64,000 nt of DNA from Monocercomonoides exilis PA203 (Eukaryota; Protista; Preaxostyla): positions 310,001 to 374,000 of the forward strand of contig LSRY02000008.1 in the NCBI GenBank assembly GCA_001643675.2, written 5' to 3'. Positions 1-13,010 of this stretch are shown here, in pieces. The translations under genes and the position numbers were made by a program. The number at the start of each line of letters is the position of its first letter. The stretch's first letter is position 1. The notes under the pieces were generated by a model. That model saw nothing but the letters and a program-made list of their open reading frames with translations. It was not told where the DNA came from and did no database searches.

Positions 1-1869
1 ATTATTTTTTTTTGAAAAATTAATTTCGTTTTTTTTTCAAATCAAATAAATAATTCGAATATTGAACAAATTTTCGTTCCCACTTTCAAAACCTAACCAA
101 AATGGAAGACCGAACTTGACAAAGCTATTATCCTCACTGCAGCGAAATATCTTGAACGAAAACAATTTTTTTTTCAAATTATGAATATTTTGTTTGTCTT
201 GAAAAATAAAACAAAAGCAATAATCATTGAAATGTGTCATAAAGGCCATTATAACTTCTGATATTCATTTGTCTGGTGCAGATACCTCTATTTGAATTCA
301 AATTCCATTCAAGAGAAAGTTTTAAATCACAATTTTGTGAGATATTCGTTGATCATATCCATTAAAAATTTTGGACATTAAAGGAAAAAGTGATACAACT
401 TTATGCATCGCAGCTGTGAGGGCGTGTGGATTTGATTGAGGTTTAAGATACATTTATAAATACTGTTGGAGAGGGATTGAGACATTTGTGGGTGAAACAG
501 GATTCTGGAGGAGAAAAAATGATCGAAGCTTGAAATGAATGAGAAGATTTTTCAACAAGAATTTTCTGAGGATGAAGGATGTGTAATGAATGAATGTGGA
601 TGAGAAAGGAGGTTTTCCTTTTTTGAATTTATCAGGAGTGAGGGGTGGGGGTTCTTGCTTATTATTGGAGAAATGGAATTTGATGTGGAGGAGATGGGAT
701 GAGATGGAGGAGAGGAAGGAGGAAGATGGGTGGAGCGAATAGAAAATGTTTTTATTGGAGGAAATGATAAAAGTTTGATGAAAAATGGAGATATATATGG
801 GAGGATATGGTTTTTATAAAATACACTGAGAGAGGAGGCACATGTGGAAGGTTAAGGGGGTTATTGTGAGAACATGAGCGGTTAGGGATGAAACTTCGGT
901 GGAAAATTGTGTGGAAGAGAGGAAGAAGAAAGTGAGGGAAGTTTTTGAACTTTCACATATTATTTGGAGGACTGTTAGGTTGCGCCTGGCGTTTGCAGCG
1001 CAAGGGATGGAGGCGGAGGCGGAGGAAGATGGGAAGAAGGAACATTAACGCTGACACTTTGCATTGATGAAGTGGAGGCAGATGTGCTGCGTGGATGGAG
1101 CGAGATGAGGAGCTGACCACAAGATGGCTTCGATCACTCGATACAGAAAAATGATGGGAGCATTTATTTTTTATAGGGAGAAGAGCGAAGGGGAATGGGG
1201 AGAATGAGAGTGAAGGAGAAAAGAATATTATCATTGCTTGCGGAGGAGATAAAGGATGTGAGGCAGATGTGCGTTTTTGCAATGAGGGAAAATGAAGAGA
1301 GAGAGAAAAAAAAGAAGGCGATGCAGCAACAAGGGATGGGAAGGGGTTCTTCTGATGGAACGAACACATTTTGATATTTCAATCGAACAGAGCTTGTGGA
1401 AGTTATTCCACATGATACAAATCCGAAGATTTGGGTTTTGGGTATTATTTTTAGGAGCAGAGGTGGAAAAGAAGAGGAGACGAGACAGATGGAATCTGCA
1501 GGCAGAAAGGGACGATATTTTGCGAAGAAGAAGAAGAAGAAAGAAGAAAGTCTGTGAAGATTATTTGCATCAAAGTTATAGGTTTGCATTTTTATTCAAT
1601 GATTTTTATCATCTTTTGTTATTTTTCATGAAATTAGGTTTATTTTGCAAGAATGATGAATGGCAATGGATGAACAAGGAATGAGGAAAGAGAACATGTT
1701 GGGTGCATCTGAAGAGACAAGGACATGACAAATGAAGGGGAGCATGGAGGAATAAGATGGATGGAATAAGAAGGAAAAGAGAAGAAGACATTCTTTTTTT
1801 TTTATTTTTTTTGAAGGTTTTAGAAGGCACATAGGGCGAATCTTGTCAAAAGCCGAAGGAAAGAGAGAG

Positions 1870-1903
<34 letters not shown>

Positions 1904-2961
1904 GGAAAAGAGGAACTTTTCTGTGGTGACTTCTTCTTCTTCTTTTTCTTCTTCTTCTGCAGCAGAGACGACACAAATTGAACAGACAACTGCCTCTTTT
2001 GAAAAGACACTGGGAATGTTTTGTTGTCAAGCTCATGTGCTTCGAATTCTGTCAGCATTGCACAAACACCTGTGCCTATGCAAATGCTGTGGCTGAGTGT
2101 TATGTGGATGCAGATGAAGAAGAAGAAGAAGAAGAAGAAGAAGAAGAAGAAGAAGAAGAAGAGGAAGAGGAAGAGGAAGAAGAAGAAGAAGATCCAAAAA
2201 AAAGAGAAAAATTCTGATAACATAATTTGCATTCATGCTTTATCTCCATCTCTTCCTCATCGCTCTCCTTTTTTCTCTCTTCCATTTTCAACAACCTCAT
2301 CAACAGCATCATCAACTTTTTCTTCTCCCTCATACATTTTGTTCACAAATTTCTGATATATTGTTGCAATTGGCAGAATTTTCGTTTCGGTTGTTGTATT
2401 TTTCTCATTCTTTTTCTGCGTTTTCTCTTTCTCTCTGATTATTTTTATCGGTTGTCATAAATAATATTTTGTTACCAATATTAAGCATCTGCGTCACATG
2501 CCTTTTGACGCGAACATTTTTGAAGTGACGTGACGTGACTGAAAAAAATCACATTCACTTATAAAAAAATTTTTATAAAAAAATAAAAAACAAGACATAC
2601 AAAGAAAAATTGATATTTTTTGTAATTTGTCTTTCAAAATTGAGAGGGTTTTTATATTTTTTTCATTTTTTTAAATGTTCATTTTCGTTTTTTATATGAG
2701 CAATGGGTTGTGTCGTGATCATTTTTTGTGGTATAAATACCAAGGCACTCACGTCACTGCTGGTCACTGACGTGTTTTTAGATAATAAAGCATTTAAAAA
2801 TTTTTATTTATTTGTTATTCATGGATGCATCACATGTGTTTGCTTCTTCATTAGAAAATCCAGAAATCGTTTGAGGAAAATTTTTTAATTTTTTTTATTT
2901 TAAACAATTGTTTTTATATATATATTTTGATCAAAATAGTTTCAACTATTTAAAAAAACAG

Positions 2962-5842
2962 AGGAGATATTTAAATCACACAGATGTGAATGGATCAAAC
3001 TCGAAAAAATAGAAAACGGTGAATACGCAAACTGTTTTTATATTAAATTTTTTGTTGAAATTAATCTGTTTTAAACGCAATGTTTTTTCACAGGTTATTT
3101 TCATCCAAATCAAAAAGAATTGGTTATTTCCAAACCGACTCTCGACATCGTAAATCGCAAATTGTTTATTGCATTTGTTCCTTTGTATAAAGACAGAACT
3201 TCGAAAAAGGATTTGCACAGACTTTTCATGTGTCCATGTGAGAAAGATGGTGTTGCTTGTGGAGTGACGGGTCGAAAGGACTACTCAATGATTTGTAATC
3301 ACAAATGTGATTTAATTCAGAATAATCAGATATCATTGTTCTTTTCACAGAAGTCCAATTTATCAACACGGTCGGTTTATTCGAAGTTAAACAATACCTC
3401 TTCTGAAACAACATTGAAAGGAGAGCTCGCTGAATCTTTCATCAATATCGTTGCCCATAGTAATATTTCTTTTCTTTCTGTAGCAACAAACGAATTTAAC
3501 GATTTTGTGACTGCATTAATAAAATCATCACAAGAGAATCCGCACATGCACCGGGAAGATATTTTTCCTTTCCTAACAGAGAGAAATGTCACCAAACTGC
3601 TTCATGAAGCAAATTTAAAGAAAATTGAAAAAGCAATTTCAATTATTTCCAACAATCCCCTAGGAGTAGTAATTGATGGAGGAGTTGTTGGGGGAGTTGG
3701 CTACACTGCAGTGGGCTTGATAACGATGGATCAATCGTCAAAACCTATCTTTTGGAAATTGTATAAAAGTTGTCGATCAGAATCCGATTATTTCAATTTA
3801 GGATTGGAAATAATGACCGAGTTAAGTGCTTATGGATGTTCCGTTAGAGCTTGGTGCTCGGATGGACTAAAACCGCAAGTTTTGGCATTGAATAGAATAT
3901 CGACAAATGATTGTACGGAATTGTGTGGTTCATCACGTGCATATAATTATCCAAGGCCAATTTTTGTTCGATGTCTTAATCATTTAATCAATTTAGTTGT
4001 CAGTCACGCTTTTTCAGAAAATGCAAAACTGAAGCAAATGAAGGAATTGATTATTAAATTCAGTCAGCAAGCACATTTATCAATTTTCAGAAACAGTTTG
4101 AAAAAAAGATGCCCAACATTTATTGCTACAAGATGGCTGTGTTTATATAACATTTGTTTCTTTATCAGGCAGAATCAATCAATAATAAGCAAAACCAGAA
4201 TGCTTTCAGACAACGAAATATTTGAAATTGCACTCACTGAATTGTTGTTGTATCCACTTTATTCGATGCATCTAATTTTTGAAAAAGAATCGACAAAACT
4301 TGGAGATGCTTTTCCTGTTATAATTCAAGCAATGAATTTGTTTTATTCTTTTTCAACAAATGTGTATTTCGCAGATGGAGAATGGCATAACTCATTGACA
4401 GATATTGTCATTTTGTTATATAATTACACACTTTGTGATTTTTCTGGACAACTCATTGCAACATCTTACGCACTAACACCGATTGGATCACATAAGCATA
4501 GAACTCATAAATTCACTTGCGACCCAAGGGAACGTTTGTATTTCAAAGAAAAATATATGTTTTTTAAAAACAATAATAATTTATCTTTTTTCTTGATGAT
4601 ATATTTTTTAAAGTTTCCAAAACCATTTTTAATGATGCGGAAAAACCAAGCGAATCTCTATCTCATTATTGCGGGGAAGATTCATCTGGATCAATGTGTC
4701 AGAATCAAAACTTATCTATTCATTCTTCTTCTTCGTCGTCATCATCATCATCGTCATCGTCATCGTCTTCTTCTTCCCCATCCTCCACAAATATTTCATC
4801 ATTCCCCACATTTTCCATTTTCCATGATTCAACACCATATATGTCAATTCATAATCCTTATATCAAAACTTTATCGGATCAACTTTCTCAAGACGTTACA
4901 TTTCTTTCCACAGAAAAACTGCAAAAGGCATTTGAAAACTCCGAAAAAGAGGATGAAGAATTAAGAGAGACCGGAACCGTATCAGTTTTCACTGCTTCTG
5001 ATACAACAAACTGCACAAAAACTCAAAATGTTGAGTTTTCAATTACAAAGCTTCAAGAATTATATTGTTTCATATCAACGCTTTGTTCAAATTTACAGGA
5101 AAAAGCAAAAGGAGTTGATGAACATTATGAAACTGATGATTTTGAAGAGCAAGATTTGTTTGGGTTGATTTTGGCGGAGGAGGAAGAAAAGAATGATGAA
5201 TTTCTGCATGAATGCAATCAAACAAATCTTATCAATTTCTACAGAACAAGAAAAACTACCAAACGTTTTGAAAAATCGGACAGTTTTCCAGAAGACATAT
5301 CAGAAAGAGCACAAATTATTAAAGAAAATACAACAAATCAAAAAGAACGAACGAAAAATGAAGAAACAATCGAAAGCGAAAGCGAAAGCGAAAGCGATGT
5401 GGATTTTATATGCAAATTTTCTCGTTTCAGAAGAATTGAAGTGAGCAATATTGATATAGAAAACAAAACATTGAAGACTATTTGGGATTACACATTTTCT
5501 GATTGGTTTGGCAGGATCGTTGCATGTTTTAGAGCTATGTTGGATCATATGTTGAATGAAAATCATCACAAAATAAAGGCTCAGTGTTTAAGATTACTCA
5601 AAGAACTTTTGCTTAAAAAAGATAAGGATGACGTCGTTGAGGAAGATGGTTACATTTTCTACCAGGATTTTTGTTCCTATAGCGAAATGCATATGATATT
5701 CTCCAACATAGCTTTCTGCATAACAACTTCTCCTTGTAGTGAATCATTTTGTGAAAGAATATTTTCAAAAGCTCGTAGAATAATTGGAGATCGTCGTCAC
5801 AAATTGTCTGACAGAACGCTTAATGCCCTTCTTCGTCTCTGA
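2962..5842 (+). CDS. hAT transposase, intron-containing, apparently intact (N-terminus uncertain, upstream exon near 2703-2868)
   Basis: hAT motifs VVIDG, WCSDG, RCLNHLINL (CxxH), PTFIATRW and C-terminal dimerization motif TSPCSESFCERIFSKARRIIGDRRHKLS. Introns 3019-3093 and 4534-4613 (GTTTGT...AAG). The second joins ORF 3120 to ORF 4694-5842 in frame. Ends in TGA. Confidence 0.88.
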
Positions 5843-6069
5843 TGTCTGGTGGAAAATGTCAATATTTATATACACACACACACACAAATTAATCATTTCT
5901 TGTTATTTGTTAAATTTTATTTTTTTCTATTTTTGCCAGTTTTTTTAACTTTTACAAAAAACCGAAACACAGCTCGAGAATTCAATTTATTTTTATTTTG
6001 AAAGAAAATAGAAGTTTATTCGCTGGATTATGAGTGAGCAAAAATAGAAAGAAAAAGGTGAAATATGTG

Positions 6070-6770
6070 ATTTGAGAAGAATAGAATCTAACCTGTTTGG
6101 AGATGGAGCAGAGAATGCGCTTATGGTGGAAGGCGGGGCGCTGGATTTGAAGGATAATCAAGTTGTGTTTTTGCAGTCTGGAGGCAGAGGTGGAAGCAGA
6201 TGCATGCGATGCGGAAGAGTTTCAACTGGTGCATTGCACAGGCTTAAAACTGCTGGTGAGGAACACGAGCATCGTGTTGGAGTATGTGGGGAGTGTGTCT
6301 GAGGAGGCTGTGATGGAGGTGGTATGGATGGTGTGCGAGTTTGTGGGGGTGAATATGTCGAACATCGGAGCGCCAGAGAGCGGAGAAGGCGGAGCGCTGG
6401 CTGTGGATGTTGGGGCAGCGAAGTTACTGAAGCAAAAACAATCAAGCAGTATCAGGAGGAACAACTTCAGTGTGCTTGTGTTCGGAGTTCAGTGGGCGAC
6501 GCGAGTTTTTGCATGCGAGGAGAGCTCGGTGAGTACGGATGTGGAGGTGAAGCCGTTGGGGTTCAGCAAGAACGAGGCGCGGTGGGGGAAGAATACGTAT
6601 GCGCAGGAAGAAGATCTGGGGGCAGTGGTGAAAAAGGAGCAGATACGGTTTGGGTGGGAGATGTGGATGGGAGACGAGGATTCTGAGGAAGAAGAAGAAG
6701 AAAAAATATTTGCTGTTGATTGCGTTTTGTTAAACATAGGAACTGAATTTGATCTGCCTCTGCATTTTTG
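6070..6770 (+). pseudogene. Frameshifted fragment of a GGA(L/V)-motif beta-helix (pectin-lyase/Pmp-like) host family gene, inside hAT element
   Basis: GGALDL, GEGGALAVDVG and FSKNEARWGKNTY motifs split over two frames. No complete gene structure. Confidence 0.5.
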
Positions 6771-8500
6771 ATTGGAATAGCTGAGCTGAGAGTCTTCAAT
6801 GTCGGTTTCTGAATGTTTGACTGAATGCTTTGTTATGCGTTGTGTTTTTAAGATTCTCTTCAAAAGACCAAATGAATCTGTGTTTAAAGAAGAAGCCAAT
6901 GAACTTGATGAAGACAAAAGGTTTGCATCTGAAGAAGACAACTGGATTTTCCAGAGGACTAGCGAATTGCATATGATTTGTGTGGTATATGGCACATGCT
7001 TCCCATCCACCAATGCTATCACACGCAACAGAAACGGGTCAAACGGAAGGACAGTCTCATACAGAAGCTGAATTCTGCAGCTGGACACTTCTCTCAGAAA
7101 CATTGAGGATGTGAACGACTCTGCCCGCTTCTTCAGAGAGAATATCGTTGACTGTGTGGTATTCTGTGTATGTGTCTGTGTTTTCATCAGTGTCTGTGAT
7201 TGCGAATGAGAATGTGTTTGTCCCTCTGCTTTGCCTAGTGAAACAAACAATCTTTCTGTGCTCGCTTTTGTAAGCATTGCCAAGTGCTTTGAGAAAGTAG
7301 AAGAAGGCAGAAGGCAATCGAGTCTGGCTGTGCTTCCATCTTCATCTGCAAAAAGAGGATAATCTGTGATTCTATCACTTCTATCACTTCTGCTTCTTCC
7401 ATCGCTGCTGTTGCTGTTACTGTTGTTGCTGCTGTTGTCTTCGCCAAGCAAAGAAAGCGAAGAAAGAGCAGCCTGCATAAACCAGAGGAGCGATGTCACT
7501 CCTCTCAGCACTTCCACCTCATCTGACGGCAGACGCACATAAAGCGACGCAACCAGCTGACGCGACGACTGCAGAACAAGAGTTCTTTCAAAGAGCATTG
7601 AACGTCTTTTGGATGATGATGAAGAAGAAGAATTGCTGATGAAGCGAAGGAAAAAGGATGTTGAATGGGATTGCGGCTCGTCAAAGTGAAGGGAGGACTT
7701 GAGAGAGGAAGGCTGGTATGTGCTTTGTTGGGTGTAGGGGTGCTGAGAAGGATGTGAAGATTGTGAAGAAGAAGAAACAGAAGAAGAAACAGAAGGACGA
7801 GAATTAATCACATCGCTCTTTGTTCTTCCATAGGCAGCCTTCACAGGCACAGCTGAAGGGGACGACAAGAACATCGACTAATAAGAAACGAAGGATGTGG
7901 ATGAATGGAGCTGATTGTTAGAGAAAGGAAGCATTCTATTTGTTTCCTTTGAGGAGTGTTTTTGAACGGTTTCTTTGCTTCTCAGCAGCAAACTGCCTGT
8001 GGAGTCAGCTTTTGCAATGGAAGAGTGAGGGTCATGTGGTGATAGATATGACTGATATGATTGATATGAATTTAATGATTGAATTGATTGAATAGATTGA
8101 ATTGGTTGAGATGGCTGAGGTGATTGAGGTGTTTGCAATGGAATAGGAGAAGAAGGAGGAGAAGAGGCAGAAGGTGAGGCAGAAGGTGAGGCGGAAGACG
8201 GAGAGTTGTCTGATGTGAGTGAAGGGGAAGAAGAAGAAGAAGTGAATGTTGATGAAGATAAAAATGTGGAAGAGGATAAAGAAGAAGGCTACATTGAAAG
8301 TGAAGGCGAAGCAGCACGCTGTTCTGTTGAAGAAGAAGAAGAAAAAGAAGATAAGAGGAGGAGGAGGAGGAAGAAGAGGAAGAAGAGGAAGAAGGGAAGA
8401 GAGATGATGTGAGAGAAGAGAAAAGAGAAGGCAGAGAAGAGAAGACGACAGAAGAGAGTGTGGAGAAGATGAGATAGCTGTAGTGTCTGAGGGCAAGCGA
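6771..8500 (-). pseudogene. Fragment of an unidentified Ser-rich host gene, inside hAT element
   Basis: Same-frame ORFs 7878-8138 and 6489-7874 are separated by one stop. Globular-looking segments alternate with poly-Ser. No recognisable domain. Confidence 0.45.
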
Positions 8501-10655
8501 CACAGCAGACTCAGTGATTGTCTTCCCAACAGAAGCAGAAGAAGAAGGAGAATGAGAAGAAGAAGGTGAGCGAATGGAAGAATTTTTAATGGATGAGTTA
8601 GAAGGAGATGTGGAAGAAGAAGAAGAAGAAGAATCTGAAGAAGAAGAAGAAGAATCTGAAGAAGAAGAAGAAGAAGAAGAAGAAGGTGAAGGTGATACAT
8701 TTGATATGTTTTCTGATAGAAGCTGGCTGTGTTGATCGAAGAAAAGGAGGTTTTTGACTGTTGGTGAAATGAATTAGCTCAGAAAGAGAATTTTCAATGA
8801 AAATTTTCTTTTCCTTTTTATTCTCATTCTCTCCCCCTTCTCGTTCCTCTTCCCTCTTCTTCCCACATATATTCCCCCTCCCTCTATTTCTATTCTCTTC
8901 CTCTTCTCCTTCTTCTTCTGTTTCTTCTCCAAATCTCCATTCCCAAACTCAACTCCTCCTCCTCCTCCTCCTCTTCTTCTTCTTCCTCTTCTTCCTCCTT
9001 CTTCGCTCTCTCTCTTCAACTTCTTCCCTTTCCCTTTCCCTTTCCCTCTCTCCTCTTTCCTCTATCCATGGTCTGTCCGTGAAGGATTCGAAGGAACAAA
9101 ATTACGAGGCGGAAGATGAGGCGGAGAAGGAACGTAATTCACACAAGAAACAGGAGGAGCAGCGTTGTTGGAGAGGCGGAGAGGGCGGAGGGTAGTGGGA
9201 ATGCGCTGGGTATAGTTGGAAATGAGAAGAAAAAGAATGAAAAGATGAAGATGAAGATGAAGATGAAGAGGAAGAGGAAAAGGAGATGAAAAAGATAGAG
9301 AAGAGAAGATAGAGAAGAGAACAGAAGAAGAGAGAAGAGAGAAGATGAGAAAAGAAATAGAAATATGGGAGAAAATATTATAATAGAGAAGAGAAATCAA
9401 CAAATAATTGCTAAGAAAAGCGTTATGCATTGAAGCTGATTTGAATAAATAAACTCGCATACACTTTGTTCTGAATTGACACAAATGCAAAGAAATGGAA
9501 ATCAAATTGGTAAAAGAGAGAGAAAGATCATATATATATCTATAGAAAGAGAAAGAGAGAAGGAGAAAATAAATATGACATAGAAGAGTTAAAAAAGAAA
9601 TAAAGAAAGACAATTTATTTGAAACAAACATGTTGCTGTTGCTTTCTCGACAGCAGCCTTTGTTGAGCAGCAGATACACTTTGCTCCATCTTTCATGGCT
9701 CAGCTGTCAGCTCTTCTAATTCTTTTGATGAACTTTTATGCAATATTTTCCAAATGCTGGAGGTGAAAGAAGAAGAAGAAGAAGAAGAGAGTAAAAAGAA
9801 AGTCATGCAAATAATTTGATGGAAGAAGAAGAAAAGAAGAATTTTTAAGAAGTATTTGAAATCAGTTGATGGAAGATGAATAATTGGATGAAGTTATATC
9901 GATACAAGGAGAAGGAGAAGAAAGAGAAGAAGAGAAAGAAAATACAGATAAAGATAAAGATAAAGTTAAATAAAAATAAAAAAGGGTTTGAAGAAAATCA
10001 AAAAGGTAAATAAAAATCGCTGTGATGCTTACTAACTTTTCATTTGTACAAAGTTAAAACAATCACAAAGGATCAGAGCAACAATTAAATGAAAAATAAA
10101 AATAAAATTTATAAGAGACTTAAATTGAAGTGGACTATCTATTCTAATCTGATTGTTTGAAAGTATTTTCATAACAATGAATTTTTTTTTCATATTCATG
10201 AATAATTATTATCTCATGTCATTTTTTTTCCGAACAACATATGAAATAAATTTTTTTGTAAAAATAAACAATTGTTAAATAAAAAGGAATAAATTGTCTT
10301 TTGCTAATAGCAAAAAAGCAATACAAAAATCATGATTATTATGTCTTTCGAAATAAAAACTTGTTGCACATAAAAATATAATCAACTTTTATTCTTTTCA
10401 AAAAATTTTTATTAATGAAAATGAAAAACTGATAACAATTCTTGGAAAATATTATCGAATAATTGAAGAATTATGTTGTGCATTCATCGCGAAGTTGTGA
10501 ACTCTCTAGAGCTATAAAAAAAGAATTGAAATAATAAATATTTAATTAAGGTTTATTGATTGAAATTGTGATGAAATTTTTGTTTAGTAAATTTTGAATT
10601 ATTGGAAAGTGTTTTATCCTTTTCTAAGCATAATTTAAAAAAATAGTTTGTTTCT

Positions 10656-10658
<3 letters not shown>

Positions 10659-10696
<38 letters not shown>
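10659..10696 (+). repeat. 38-nt poly(A) tract just inside the right hAT TIR
   Basis: Uninterrupted A run. Confidence 0.9.
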
Positions 10697-10697
<1 letters not shown>

Positions 10698-10903
10698 AAA
10701 CGGATACTGACTGACGAGAGCCCACCTATTTCAAGGTGACGCAGATGTTTAACCAATATTGTGAAATATGTTTGTCATATTTTGAAAAAACGCTATTTAA
10801 AATATTTTTCGCCCTTTACAAATTATTTCATTTTTTTGATCTTTTCTTTTTCGATTGAAAAACAAACAGCACTTCATTGTATCCGCTCAAAAACACAGAC
10901 AGA

Positions 10904-12205
10904 ATGGGAAACGAAGCGGGCTCTTTAAACCCAAAGATAGATGAATGTGGAATGACAAGAGCAATGAATTGGATTGTGGAGAACAAAACAGAGCCACCAA
11001 AATATATGAGACATGATATTTCGATAAGGAATATGCGGGGAAGGACAATGGCAATGCTGTGGATTCAGTTTGTTAAGAACGAGCCACCAGAATGGATGAG
11101 ACATGACAATGAAGTTGCAGACAAGGATGGATGGACAATGGCCATGACCTGGGTCATTCATGTCAAGGCAGAACCACCAGAATGGATGAGACACGATATT
11201 ACAATAAAAGGAGGTATTTGGGAACAAACAATGGCTATGCTATGGATTGAATATGTGAAGACAGAACCACCTGAATGGATGAGACACGATATCACATTAA
11301 AAGATCATTTTGGATCAACAATGGCTATGTGGTGGATTCAATCTGTTCAAACCGATCCACCGGATTGGATGAGACATGATATAACGCGTGCAGATAAAGA
11401 TGGAAAAACAATGGCTATGAAGTGGATTTTCTGGGTTAAAACAGACCCGCCAGAATGGATGAGACACAACAACACACTTACCGATAAGTTTGGGCGAACA
11501 ATGGCAATGCATTGGTTAAAGGAAGTTAAGACAGAACCTCCTTTATGGATGATAATGGATAACACACAAAGCAAGAAGGATGGGAGGACATTGTCAATGA
11601 AGTGGATTGAGGAGAAAAAAACAGAGCCACTGGAATGGATGAGGCATAGCATAACACTTGTGGATGATAACGGAATGACGATGGCAATGCACTGGATCCA
11701 ATCTGTAAAATCAGAGCCACCAGAATGGATGAGACACAATATTACACTTGCCGATAGCTGTGGTAAAACAATGGCTATGTGGTGGATTCAAGACATCAAA
11801 ACAGAACCTCCAGAATGGATGAGACACGATGTAACACTTAACGATAAGAGAGGAAATACGATGGCAGATCATTGGAGAAGTCTTATTAAGAGTGAACCAC
11901 CAGAATGGATGGAAAATGGCATTATACAGGTTGACAACGAGGGGAAAACAATGGCTATGTTGTGGATTGAACGAGTGAAAACAGAACCGCCTGTCGAAAT
12001 TCGACATGATGCTTCAATTTCCGATAAGGATGGAAAAACAATGGCTATGTTGTGGATCAAAAATGTGAAGACAGAGCCACCAGAGTGGATGAGACACAAC
12101 ATTATGCAAGCTGATTCTGATGGAAGGATTTTGGCTGAATTTTGGGAAATCTATGTGAGAAGTGATCCACCGATATGGATGATATACCAGCCATCCGAAC
12201 ACTGA
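10904..12205 (+). CDS. 30-aa Met/Trp-rich ankyrin-like repeat protein, copy 1 (14 units)
   Basis: Open ORF, ATG at 10904 (MGNEAGS). Consensus unit DxxGxTMAMxWIxxVKTEPPEWMRHDITLx, 90-bp period with one codon insertion. Confidence 0.88.
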   Translation: MGNEAGSLNPKIDECGMTRAMNWIVENKTEPPKYMRHDISIRNMRGRTMAMLWIQFVKNEPPEWMRHDNEVADKDGWTMAMTWVIHVKAEPPEWMRHDITIKGGIWEQTMAMLWIEYVKTEPPEWMRHDITLKDHFGSTMAMWWIQSVQTDPPDWMRHDITRADKDGKTMAMKWIFWVKTDPPEWMRHNNTLTDKFGRTMAMHWLKEVKTEPPLWMIMDNTQSKKDGRTLSMKWIEEKKTEPLEWMRHSITLVDDNGMTMAMHWIQSVKSEPPEWMRHNITLADSCGKTMAMWWIQDIKTEPPEWMRHDVTLNDKRGNTMADHWRSLIKSEPPEWMENGIIQVDNEGKTMAMLWIERVKTEPPVEIRHDASISDKDGKTMAMLWIKNVKTEPPEWMRHNIMQADSDGRILAEFWEIYVRSDPPIWMIYQPSEH

Positions 12206-12462
12206 TACAGATTGAAGAATTGAGGGAACGCATTTCATTATTTAGAATAAAGCCGGAACATCATTAGGAATAATGCAATATGTTTAACAAAGTCATTATT
12301 TTTTATCCTTATCACCATGTGCTGAATCAAATATATCTTGATCAAACTTTAAAGATTGATGGGAGGAGGCATTGAAATCGATGATGTTGATGGGAATAAA
12401 ACGGCTAATTGCAGAGAAAATCGTGTTGAAACAAAGCCATTTCTTTAAAAGATAAATTGAAT

Positions 12463-13010
12463 TTTTCATATCAAATGTTTATTTTATGGATCCGAAGATT
12501 TCTTGTAGTTTTATTTGTGCCAACAGGCACACAAATATCTGGGCAGCAGCTTTGCATCATTTCAACGATTTTAATGATATTTGCTGAACTTTTATCTTTT
12601 TGCTTGGTCTTTTTATTTTTCTTTTTTTGTATTTTTGATATTCTTCAAAGAATATTCATTTCAATCCATTTTCTTTTTATTCTCACTTGTTTGTATAACT
12701 CCGCGAATTGTTGAAAGGATTTCTGTCAATTTTAATAGTTTTTTTAAAATTCAAAGCGAGCAATTATTATTTGAGAAAATAATTTTTGCTGACTTTTATT
12801 TTACTCTTTGAGAGCATCTCCATTCACTCTATTGGTTTGAATGATGTGCGTGTTTTTATTCATCCAGTTCAACAGTTTTGTCAATCCATTACAAATATTA
12901 TTTTTATTTTCATAAAGAGAATAATTTCTCTTTGTTTTTGAGAATTTTGACAACTTCTTTTTCTTCATTTCGAAAACATTTCTATTCGCCTAATATTCTG
13001 ATTTTTTTTT
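12463..13010 (+). repeat. Duplicated ~550-bp non-coding 3' flank, also at 48692-49230
   Basis: Collinear near-identity, e.g. TTTGCATCATTTCAACGATTTTA and TTTCATAAAGAGAATAATTTCTCTTTGTTTTTGAGAATTTTGACAACTTC in both copies. Confidence 0.9.

Larger units (their letters stand above)
2482..10751 (+). mobile_element. hAT-superfamily DNA transposon (8270 bp): transposase plus host-like cargo
   Basis: 16-bp TIRs TAAGCATCTGCGTCAC (2482-2497) and GTGACGCAGATGTTTA (10736-10751, 1 mismatch). Exact 8-bp TSD ACCAATAT at 2474-2481 and 10752-10759. Subterminal GTGAC/TGACG repeats. Internal hAT transposase. Confidence 0.93.

Noticed and set aside
240-1600. Coding-like minus-strand stretch, possibly a retroelement or recombinase relic
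   Set aside because: Multiple stops and no recognisable motif. Cannot be assigned.
1846-2460. Poly-E/K/F/L/S ORFs
   Set aside because: Products of GAA microsatellites that are open in several frames. No evidence for real genes.
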